DNA from: Tubiluchus corallicola
Taxonomy: Eukaryota > Animalia > Priapulida
Assembly (NCBI GenBank): GCA_030141605.1
Contig: JAQGDQ010000060.1
Span: 1 to 64,000, forward strand
Length of the DNA: 64,000 nt
Reading direction: 5' to 3'
Position numbers and translations under genes: made by a program. The notes beneath the pieces were generated by a model. That model was not told the origin of the DNA. It saw only the letters and a program-made list of their open reading frames with translations, and did no database searches. Of this stretch, positions 38,901-64,000 are shown one piece after another (the stretch's first letter is position 1; each line of letters begins with the position of its first letter).

Positions 38901-41537
38901 ACTTTGTCAGAGATTGTTTTAAAATCGGGGCAAACGGAACAAAATAGTATTGAAATTAGTATTATATTGTCTACATGCTGATCATTGTTATGGTTTGTTG
39001 TGTTCTCCTAACTGTCAGATATGCATAAATGATGTGGAAATTGTAACTGTATAATTTTAGGTGCTGCCATCTATTAACTAATCTTTTACATTTTACTAGC
39101 TAAACTCACCCCTAGTATAATTGTACGGTCCAGTGAATATGCATATTCACTGGATCTCTCCCTATTTTACAGTAATGGTATTTGTGAAGCCAAGTTTGCA
39201 TAATTACCTATACCTATATATACTGACTGGATTTACTTTCTAGTCACTGTCTCACTCTCAATGCACTGCAGAAGTCGTGTTACTCGTGCTACTGTCTAAC
39301 TCACACTCTCAGTGCAGTGCAGCAGTCGTGCTAATCATGTTACTGTCTAACTCTCAGTGATCAGTGCAGGACACACTTGTTCTCAGTGTTCAGTGTAGCA
39401 GTCATTTTTACATATGTGTATGTAGTCTAATAAACGCTTTCAGTTTTGTGCATATATGTAGTATAGTGTTTCATCTACAACCTCAAACATGACTTTCACA
39501 AATAAAGTGCCTATTCCCATAATTATCCACAAGTAATATGGGTAACCTTTTAGTACAAGATTCTACATCTATGATTATATGTTATGATGTGATCTCACTA
39601 ACACATGATGTGATGTGATGTGATGTGGTGTCTCAATAAGGTATATTATACCACAAATTATGATGTTGTAACTGTAAATAGGTATTGTATAATAATGTAT
39701 TTGTGAATGTTTTGTTAACCCAATTAGTTAAATTAAATTACATTAGCTATCGCAAATCATATCTACTGTGTCATTAAGGTTTTCTGTTAGTAATTAGAAA
39801 TTGCTGCTTTCATCATTTTGTTAGATTCTTCTCTTCTTTCTCTTGTAGATTTTTTCCAGTCGGCACAGAAGTCTCCCGAATTCCACAGAAAAATCTTGTT
39901 ATTGGAGGTTATCAAATTCCAGCAGGGGTATGTAGGCTTGTGTGCTTATTGCATTTGCGGCTTACGTTTGCGTAAGTGATGTCATGTAACAAAAAATCCT
40001 TTCAATGCGAGTACGATAAATGCATAGAATTGCTATAAAGTAATATAATTTTTAAGGTGATTTTTTGAAACCTACGTCAGGTACCCCTTTCTTTGTCCTT
40101 TAAGACTGCTGTAGTCTAAATACATTAGTCAATAGTAGTGATAATGCTTTGCTAAAACAACTTTTTCTGCAGCCTTTAGCTGAATTTCCACTACACTGGT
40201 GTGTGTTTCGTTTTCCACAGCTGAATTACCACTTGCATTGGTGTTCCCTTTCTAGATTAATTTCAAAGTATAATTATGTGGATATGGTTTCATATGGTTT
40301 CAGACTCACGTCGAATTAAACAACTACGTATTCCTACGCTCACCGGACTATTTCACGGATCCAGACGTTTTTGCACCGGAACGTTGGCTGAGAGACGGCG
40401 AGCAGACTGCAAAAAACGTGCACCCGTATGTGCTGCTACCATTTGGACACGGTCCCCGCATGTGCGCCGGTACGTCTCATGTAGCTGTTTACAATGATAA
40501 ATGAGCAGCAAAGATTCTGAAACAACTGCGGGAGTTTACTAAACTAACACAAGTCTTCCGTGACATTTATCTTCCCCTTGATAAAGTTTGTTTGACAATT
40601 GTGTGTCAAGGTCATTCTGAACCTCTTAAGATTTGTGTGGGACTGCAGCACCCCTTATTTTCACACAATATTATCGATAACATTCAATATAATGTCTTTT
40701 TTCTTTATACTTGTATGGAACTGGAGCATGTGAGGAAAGAACTGTTTGCTTCACAGCCCAGCACAGTGTGCTCCAGCAACATGGTGTTTGGCTGTGGTGC
40801 ACATGTGGCCATGCGCACATGTCTGAGCCCAGGTAGAAAAAGTACTGTCACTCACACAGCCAGTTATTACGTGCTTACCGCGAATGATCAAGCTTGACTG
40901 CGACAATTTAGGCTATTCGTAAGCAAAAAATATTTTTTGGTCAGGATTTTATCAAGTTTATGTATAAACTTTCGTATGCTTGTTTGTCTAAAATTACAAT
41001 TACAAATTACAACTTTAAAATTACACATGTTTGTTTTGTTTTACACAGTATTAAAATAATGGCTAAAAATTTTATGAAGCAGCACCCCACTAATTTTAGT
41101 TATGAGCCGCCACTGAGTATCAATTGAAAAAGTGAAACTGTAGCCTGTTCTTTTTCATCAGTTTAACGCAAGTTGTAGTCAAACAAAGTGGTTGCTGGAA
41201 CGTTTTAATATTCTATATTATCTAAATATTATCTATATATTCTAAAGAAAGTCGGAGTGCTAATTCTATTCTCACTGTCAGGAAATAAAAACATATTGAA
41301 TCCTTTCACTACTTTACTCAAACCGCACACCTCAGTTATAAGTTGGTGACTCGTGTGCATAACAAAACTTCTGTTCTGTTTTCAGGTAGAAGATTTGCTG
41401 AGCAGGACATGTGGGTAACCATAGCTCGATTACTTCAACATTTTCGCATAGAATATCAACATGGAGAAATGGCGCAGACATACCGGCTGTTGCTTCGCCC
41501 TGACAAACCAGCGCAATTTACATTCATCGACAGATAA
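29902..41537 (+). CDS. CYP44: Mitochondrial-clan cytochrome P450, CYP44-like, ~531 aa, 9 exons
   Basis: Exons 29902-30142, 31213-31441, 32938-33128, 33518-33713, 35451-35625, 37050-37216, 39849-39927, 40304-40469, 41386-41537; all GT-AG and in phase. Basic N-terminal presequence, [19 protein letters not shown]-helix [14 protein letters not shown] (ExxR), PERW, and heme motif [17 protein letters not shown]. The DGLxTT and [10 protein letters not shown] motifs are recalled as CYP44-typical; the P450 call is firm, the family call less so. Confidence 0.9.
30275..30643. mobile_element. hAT-type MITE with TCGAA repeats
   Basis: TAGGGG...CCCCTA ends; TSD gtgcttaa/gtgcgtga (6/8). Confidence 0.65.
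31591..32057 (-). mobile_element. Non-autonomous RTE-derived retroposon (twister 5' end + RTE 3' end), copy 1
   Basis: 14-bp TSD ACAGTAATTCAATT (31577-31590 / 32058-32071), (GAA)n tail; homologous to 52302-52800. Confidence 0.9.
31974..32055 (-). ncRNA. Twister ribozyme (degenerate) at the retroposon 5' end
   Basis: Minus strand AG-CCTA-GCC-[ACTGGGTTGGG..CCCAACTCAAT stem]-GCCGGTCCCAAGCCCAGATAAA-TAGG-GAGGG; has an AA>AG change and a P4 mismatch. Confidence 0.7.
33246..33485. repeat. Tandem repeat, ~93-bp unit x2.5, just upstream of P450 exon 4
   Basis: GTAAATGA(G/A)TGACCTAGTTCACTTTGAGATGCTATACAATGGAAAC at 33246, 33340 and 33433. Confidence 0.9.
34188..34498 (+). mobile_element. Tigger/pogo-like MITE (internally deleted relative of 19028-19482)
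   Basis: CAGTCAACATCGGATATAAGGG ... CTTATACCCGAGGTTTACTG; shares internal sequence with the 19028 copy. Confidence 0.85.
34965..35178. repeat. Compound tetranucleotide microsatellite (AGGT/AGGC/AGAC)n
   Basis: Directly visible. Confidence 0.92.
36350..36787 (+). mobile_element. Kolobok-like family A copy 2
   Basis: TTAA-AGCAGAAGTGGACCC start; reverse-complement homology to 18200-18631. Confidence 0.7.
37580..38945 (+). mobile_element. Highly degenerate non-LTR retrotransposon 3' remnant
   Basis: Fragments [14 protein letters not shown] and [18 protein letters not shown] (C-terminal Zn-finger-like); many stops; boundaries approximate. Confidence 0.6.
39033..39500 (+). mobile_element. Solo LTR (468 bp), same family as 24257-25225
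   Basis: TGTGGAAA...CTTTCACA ends, TSD aatga/aataa, internal TATA-like and AATAAA motifs. Confidence 0.8.
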
Positions 41538-42817
41538 CGTGTTTCAACTGTAATTAGGGAATACTTAGCTGATGTCGCTGGCCGTTCTGTTTGCTTATTG
41601 GTGCTAATTAATTATTAACATGTTATTGATTTTTGCATATTTATATTGTCAATTATGATGCTCTTATTTACATACATTGCTTTACATTATTAATTTTAAA
41701 ATTATTGACCTACTAGTTTCGGTATCATGGATTGTTAAAAATTATGTATGTAACAGCGATTGTTCAATTAGTAAAATAAGCATGGAAATTGTAATACACA
41801 AGAGATTTGCCTCTTTAGGTATTGTGAGGTAACGATCGTGCTTAAAATAGAAATATTGTTTTCAAGCTGTAATTATACATTGGCCGCACTCCAAACTTGA
41901 GACGTGCGGCTGCTTGCGAAAAATAGGCGGCCCCTCTATTTTTTTGAGCAATGGCTGCTCGTGTAGGTGATGTCAGCAGCCGTGATGATCATTACCATGG
42001 ATACACACGATTCTCTTCACCAAAACGGCAAGCAAACTGGCATCAATAAAAGTGCCAATTTGCAAGATCAAGAACACATATTTTGTTCACTTTGTACAAA
42101 TAAATTTCTTCTTTTCCACCAATCAATGATTACTCTTACTGTTTTCTCGTCTTTCATTACACTTTTACCTGCAAGAACTCTGTGACATACAGTCAAACTT
42201 TTCTTAATTTATCTATGTGAGTATCACTAATATCTTGCACAGATAATCCCCATTTATTAATGTGTATTGACCTACATTCAAATATTTGTTCTGTAGTATC
42301 ATTTTCAAAATGACAGAATGAACATTTCAAATCTTCTTTGCACGAGTTTTTAAAATTTGCTATGCAAGTGACATAGTATCAAAATTTAGTATTCTGACGC
42401 TCAGTGAAAGGCATAACCAAGTCAACTGAGTGTTTGTGAACAAATCACGAGATTGTAAATTGGGTAGCAGTTTGTAATAACCAACTATGTTTACACTTGT
42501 TAGCTAGCCATTCGTGCTGTCAAATTATCCTATTTTTTCTTCTTTTTCGTGTAAGCAGTAATCGGTTTTTATCCATTTTTTATCTTCGGTCGTTTTTACT
42601 TCATTCACAGTTCTGTCAGCCTATTACCGTCTGAGAAGCGATAAGCAAAACTATGAAACATGTTCGTGCATTATTGAACAATCATTGGTAAATAGGTCTA
42701 AGACCTTTTGTTATAGCACGCAGTTTCAACTTTGTGCAAAATATTTTGTACGGTTTTGCTACGATACTGTGCTGTTGGTGTTGTGCGTGTCCTCATTGTC
42801 ATCGTCATTATCAATAT

Positions 42818-43190
42818 GATCACCATTTGATGAGGTGGATTTGGTGTAGTGTGGTATGATGTGGTGGGTGTGGTGAGTGTGCTGTGGATTGTGTGGTAGG
42901 GTGTGAGGTGGTACTGATGGTGTGGATAATCTAATGGGGTGGGTGGTGTTGGTTTAGTGTGGCGGGTGTGGTGTATTGTGGGTGGTGTGTTATAAGTGGA
43001 TCACCATTTGATGAGGTGAGTTAGGTATAGTGTGGTATGATGTGGTGGGTGTACTGCGGATGGGGTGGTAGGGTGTGTGTGGTGTGGATAACCTCGTGGG
43101 GTGGGTGGTGTGGTGTGGGTTTAGTGTGGTGGGTGTGTGCTGTGGTGTAAGTGATGTGACGGGTTGGTATGGTGTAGGTTGTTGTTGTTG
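42818..43190. repeat. GT-rich low-complexity duplication (~180-bp unit x2)
   Basis: GATCACCATTTGATGAGGTG at ~42818 and ~42999, each followed by (GGTGT)-rich sequence. Confidence 0.8.
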
Positions 43191-43423
43191 CGAGTTTATG
43201 CGCAAAATTCTACAGGGTTTGGCTAGTTATTATTATTAATTCTTTATTTAATGTATCACCTCATGAAGTGCATAACATCTAAGATGCTAAACGTGTCATG
43301 CATGTAGATGTATTATTAGCTTTATATAGAAAAACTACATGTAAATTTAATTTTGCTATATGTGTCATTTCACAGAAATTACTCGTACCCAACTGTAATA
43401 ACTGACAATACTCATACTGTAAA

Positions 43424-44958
43424 TAACTGAGACCTGATTATTAAGTAATTAGAGGGTTACGTGATAACTGAGACCTAATTATTATCAAGTAATTAGAGGG
43501 TTACGTGATAACTGAGACCTAATTATTATCAAGTAATTAGAGGGTTACGTGATAACTGAGACCTAATTATTATCAAGTAATTAGAGGGTTACGTGATAAC
43601 TGAGACCTAATTATTATTAAGTAATTAGAGGGTTACGTGATAACTGAGACCTAATTATTATCAAGTAATTAGAGGGTTATGTGATAACTGAGACCTAATT
43701 ATTATTAAGTAATTAGAGGGTTATGTGATAACTGAGACCTAATTATTATTAAGTAATTAGAGGGTTACGTGATAACTGAGACCTAATTATTATCAAGTAA
43801 TTAGAGGGTTACGTGATAACTGAGACCTAATTATTATCAAGTAATTAGAGGGTTAAGTGATAACTGAGACCTAATTATTATCAAGTAATTAGAGGGTTAT
43901 GTGATTACTGAGACCTAATTATTATTAAGTAATTAGAGGGTTAAGTGATAACTGAGACCTAATTATTATCAAGTAATTAGAGGGTTACGTGATAACTGAG
44001 ACCTAATTATTATCAAGTAATTAGAGGGTTATGTGATTACTGAGACCTAATTATTATCAAGTAATTAGAGGGTTACGTGATAACTGAGACCTAATTATTA
44101 TCAAGTAATTAGAGGGTTAAGTGATAACTGAGACCTAATTATTATCAAGTAATTAGAGGGTTAAGTGATAACTGAGACCTAATTATTATCAAGTAATTAG
44201 AGGGTTAAGTGATAACTGAGACCTAATCATTATCAAGTAATTAGAGGGTTATGTGATCACTGAGACCTAATTATTATCAAGTAATTAGAGGGTTATGTGA
44301 TAACTGAGACCTAATTATTATCAAGTAATTAGAGGGTTATGTGATAACTGAGACCTAATTACTATCAAGTAATTAGAGGGTTATGTGATAACTGAGACCT
44401 AATTATTATCAAGTAATTAGAGGGTTATGTGATAACTGAGACCTAATTACTATCAAGTAATTAGAGGGTTATGTGATAACTACGACCTAATTATTATCAA
44501 GTAATTAGAGGGTTATGTGATAACTGAGACCTAATTATTATCAAGTAATTAGAGGGTTATGTGATAACTGAGACCTAATCATTATCAAGTAATTAGAGGG
44601 TTATGTGATAACTGAGACCTAATCATTATCAAGTAATTAGAGGGTTATGTGATCACTGAGACCTAATTATTATCAAGTAATTAGAGGGTTATGTGATAAC
44701 TGAGACCTAATTATTATCAAGTAATTAGAGGGTTATGTGATAACTGAGACCTAATCACTATCAAGTAATTAGAGGGTTATGTGATAACTGAGACCTAATT
44801 ACTATCAAGTAATTAGAGGGTTATGTGATAACTGAGACCTAATCATTATCAAGTAATTAGAGGGTTATGTGATAACTGAGACCTAATCATTATCAAGTAA
44901 TTAGAGGGTTATGTGATAACTGAGACCTAATCATTATCAAGTAATTAGAGGGTTATGT
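43424..44958. repeat. Minisatellite, 44-bp unit x ~35
   Basis: GATAACTGAGACCTAATTATTATCAAGTAATTAGAGGGTTA(T/C/A)GT head-to-tail with no spacers. Confidence 0.97.
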
Positions 44959-45492
44959 GGTGGACTGATGGCAACGACTCACTTTGTGTAAATTGTTAAC
45001 AGCATGAATTCTCATAACAAATTTATGGTTTTAAAAATTGATCACATGTAATTTTACTGACCTTTGTATAGTGCTAGCATAAATTTCACCAATGTACTGT
45101 AACTGCTACAAGTTTTGTATTAAAATGTCTACTGTATCCATTACATTTCATTATCGCAAAAATGCATTAACGACTTGGTTCTGGAAAATAGTTTATTATT
45201 TCTCTCTGTATATACAAGCAAACTTCCGTGTATACATGCAAACTTTTCCGAGCAAAGCAATAGCCGTCCTTTCAGCAACATGCAATGAAGATAAAGAAAA
45301 CAAGAAATAGGCATGACAGTTGTATGATAAGAAAACTGATTGAACGAAAACCAAATCGCAGTTCAAATTTGCATTGAACAAACAATGAATCACTCGAAAC
45401 TGTTGATCCAATACATCACCGACACGGAGGTAAACAGAAAACTATCAGACTTGTTTCAAACATAACAATAAGAAACAGTACTTATCCTTATA

Positions 45493-46612
45493 CAGTCAAA
45501 TCTCATTATACTACCGCCCTCCCCCACTATACTATCAAACTTGTTTAGTGCCTGCAAAACGGCCAAGAACGAAATGGCTGTATTCAGATGTTAATAAAAA
45601 TAACCCATTTCCCGCTTCCCGTTACCCACCATCCGCTAGACAAATTAATATATAAGTACAACGGTGAAATACCCCCAGCAGAGCTAACTAGCACTCACAG
45701 CTTCTCGATAATAATGCCAGGTGTATGAGGATGCTATGTTGTCTGCTGAGTTGCTGGACACTGGCCAGACGTGTTGTACAAAAAATATTGCATGTTATCA
45801 TGTTTTGATTGTTTGGAAGCTGTACTGTAGATCATGCAGTCACAATAATATTATTGTCAATGTGCCACGCAGTCATAATGACAAGAAGACACATGACTCT
45901 TTTCCAAGGATCATGAAACCAATTCCCAGCAAGAAATTTGCAGTTGTCATTTAACCTTTTCCAGGGGAACACTACGCCTACATCACAGTCTATTATATAG
46001 TTGAGTGCCTGACACCTTTGTTATTTAAAGAAAAAGTTCGTAATAATGTTGACGGTTTTTTTAGTGAGTCACAAACTTACAAATGATTAATTTAATTATT
46101 TTCTTTTAACTCGTTAACCTTTAGAGCGAATATTGAAGACTCTAACCAGTGTACACTTGTCTAACTATTTTGTAATTCGTCTATTGCAAAATATAATACA
46201 ACTGGTCAGGGCCGGGCTATGACCTTTAGTTTTGATGCCCCTAGGCTAATGAAATTATAAGGCCCCTTAAATAGGGACCCTTTATCTCAAGTAAGGGGCC
46301 ACAAACAAAGGCCACGTTTTTAAACTTGGGTTTTCAGACTCCTGGGCCTTCTTTTTTAAACTAAAATTTCACTTTAAGTTAAGTGAATTATTCAGCAATG
46401 CAAAATAATAAAATATTAGACTCGCCTTTCAAAAAAAATTATATTTGAAAATCTTTTCAAGAGCTTTGGGCCCACCAAGTTGAAGGGGCACTAGGCTGCA
46501 ATCTATACTAGCCTACAGGGGTAATCCAGCCCTGTACCTAACTTTAACGCCAAACTTGCTATAATGTCATTTTTTCCAGTTCCAAAGTGGACAGGATAAA
46601 GAGGTTAGACTG
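45493..46612. mobile_element. Tigger-like MITE with a nested hAT-like MITE (46207-46534)
   Basis: Outer TA-CAGTCAAATCTC ... GAGGTTAGACTG-TA; inner CAGGGCCGG ... CCAGCCCTG. Confidence 0.6.
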
Positions 46613-46652
46613 TATTATTCTTTGGTAATGTAACAAAGGTGGTTCATTGGTA

Positions 46653-47190
46653 CAGTACACTCCGCATAACTCAAATCCAGACGGACAGAAAAAAAGCTTG
46701 ATTATTTTCCAGCATAGAAACTCTAAACCCCTCCTCCAGACAGCTAAACAGAAGGCAGAAAGTCAACCCTTCTACACATAAACGACGAGATTTGATGAGA
46801 GTTACATAAAGAATAACAGATTAGTGAAACAAGATTTTTTTACGTTACAAAAGGACACATGCACAACACTGATAAAAAATATAGCAGTGGAGCTACCAAT
46901 GTCTTACGTACTGCAGTTCAGTTTGTGCAAAGAAAATAATTGGGGGGGGGGGGAGCGACTTGTAAGACATCAGAATTTTCTCGCAAGACGATACAGTTTT
47001 TGAGTCGTACGAACCTTTTTGTTTTTCTAGAGTGTAAATTGCATTATTGAGTTAGGCGAAGTAAATTACATGCATTTTGATTAAGTGAACCAAATGGGGG
47101 AAAAACGAAGGATTTCATCCATTCTACTGAAATTCTTTGAGTTAGGCAGAGTTTTGAGTCATACGATATTGAATTACGCGGAGTTTACTG
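46653..47190. mobile_element. Tigger-like MITE just downstream of the FBXO7 stop codon
   Basis: TA-CAGTACACTCCGCATAACTC ... GAATTACGCGGAGTTTACTG-TA. Confidence 0.85.
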
Positions 47191-47277
47191 TATCGCATTA
47201 TCTGGTATAATATTTACTGACCGCAATGAACAAGCTGTCTGAATATAACACAAAAACAAAGGAACATAAAAAAACAA

Positions 47278-62951
<15,674 letters not shown>

Positions 62952-63321
62952 TTAGTTAATCGAATAATTCACTAAAATTTAAAATTTGCAAAAATAACAA
63001 ATATCCTCGTGTAGAATGCAATCATAAATAAATTACACATTACACTAAATATTTCTTCGTAAAATACAGACACATTAGAGTGGAATACAGCATGCAAATT
63101 ATTATGCGCAAAATGCTTGCGCAGTGAACTGAAAATCAAAATTTTCGTTCATCAAACTAAATTAATATTTTATTATAAATGTAAGACAATTTTATTTAAA
63201 AAAATATAAGCTTGAAACATAAGGCAAACTGAAAACTAAATTTTAAATATAAATTTTCTAAATTGATTATTTTTTCTGTTTTTTTTTCAACTTTTTCTGA
63301 CAACACCTCACTAAAGTTAAT
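62952..63321. promoter_or_regulatory. Putative bidirectional promoter between FBXO7 and the right-hand gene
   Basis: Head-to-head arrangement; paired TGCGCA motifs at ~63104-63123 and a YY1-like ATGGCGGC at 63322. Confidence 0.5.
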
Positions 63322-63909
63322 ATGGCGGCCACCACACAAGCAATTTTTTTCTTATTGCAGGTAAAACAGAATTGCGCGTAATTATCATTGTTGTAGAGTA
63401 TAATTTTTACCATATGCTTATTCAAGATGTGGTATCTTACGTAAAATTTATGTAAAAATGAATATTTAAATTAAAAACTTTACATCTGTGAGAAAGTCTG
63501 TTTTCTTACCTTTGTTTCAATTTGCCTTATTTTCAAAATGGAGAATGCAATAAAATATTTTAACATTTCTGTGTTAATGAATAAGTTAATTGCATGTGCA
63601 TTGTTAAGAGACTTTTTCCGCCAAGTAAGGTGTATGCTACAAGTCTACTGTTTAGTCTCGTATAATAACCCCTATTAAGTATCAAGTATTATACGTTTTA
63701 TCAGAATAATTATTGAAAGCACAGCTAGGATTTGAGTTCCATTCGTGAAATCTAATTGCAGTATTATGCTATCAGTCACATGACTTTTCATTATATTTAT
63801 TCAGTGACTGAAGACAATTTAAGTTAATGAATTACCATCTTAATGCCCTGTTTTAATAACTTAATTTTACATTGCAGATTTTTTTAAATTAGTTACTGAA
63901 TTTACAAGT

Positions 63910-64000
63910 ATGGCATCTGGACGATTAGAAGTCAACCATCATGCTGCAACGACCTTACCAGATAATCAAGTGTTGCCTGGACAAGCATTTGGTCCAAATC
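63910..64000 (+). CDS. 5' end of an unidentified protein-coding gene (MASGRLEVNHHAATTLPDNQVLPGQAFGPN...)
   Basis: Acceptor ttgcag at 63877, upstream donor CAG|gtaaa at 63360, good start context (AGTATGG), frame open to the window edge, GC shift. Confidence 0.5.
   Translation, partial: MASGRLEVNHHAATTLPDNQVLPGQAFGPN

Overview
AT-rich, intron-rich animal genomic DNA. An invertebrate, possibly a lophotrochozoan, is inferred from the CYP44-type P450 and the repeat content; it is not prokaryotic. I assembled spliced genes by hand from GT-AG sites and reading-frame phase. They are: the 5' end of PRPF18 (-), head-to-head with a complete 11-exon FBXL5 (+); a 3-coding-exon secreted, probably GPI-anchored LRR protein (-); a 9-exon mitochondrial-clan CYP44-like P450 (+); an 8-exon FBXO7 (-); and the 5' end of an unidentified gene (+) head-to-head with FBXO7. 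Introns and intergenic DNA are full of hAT, Tc1/pogo, Kolobok-like and Ginger-like MITEs, solo LTRs, LINE remnants and minisatellites. The most notable observation is a short non-autonomous RTE-derived retroposon (2 copies) whose 5' end is a twister ribozyme; in one copy the insertion starts exactly at the predicted cleavage site. Also notable are a 10x21-bp array of in-frame splice donors at the end of an FBXO7 exon, an IRE-like hairpin in the putative FBXL5 3'UTR, and minisatellites traceable to single monomers in transposons within the window. Gene names come from recalled protein motifs, not database searches.
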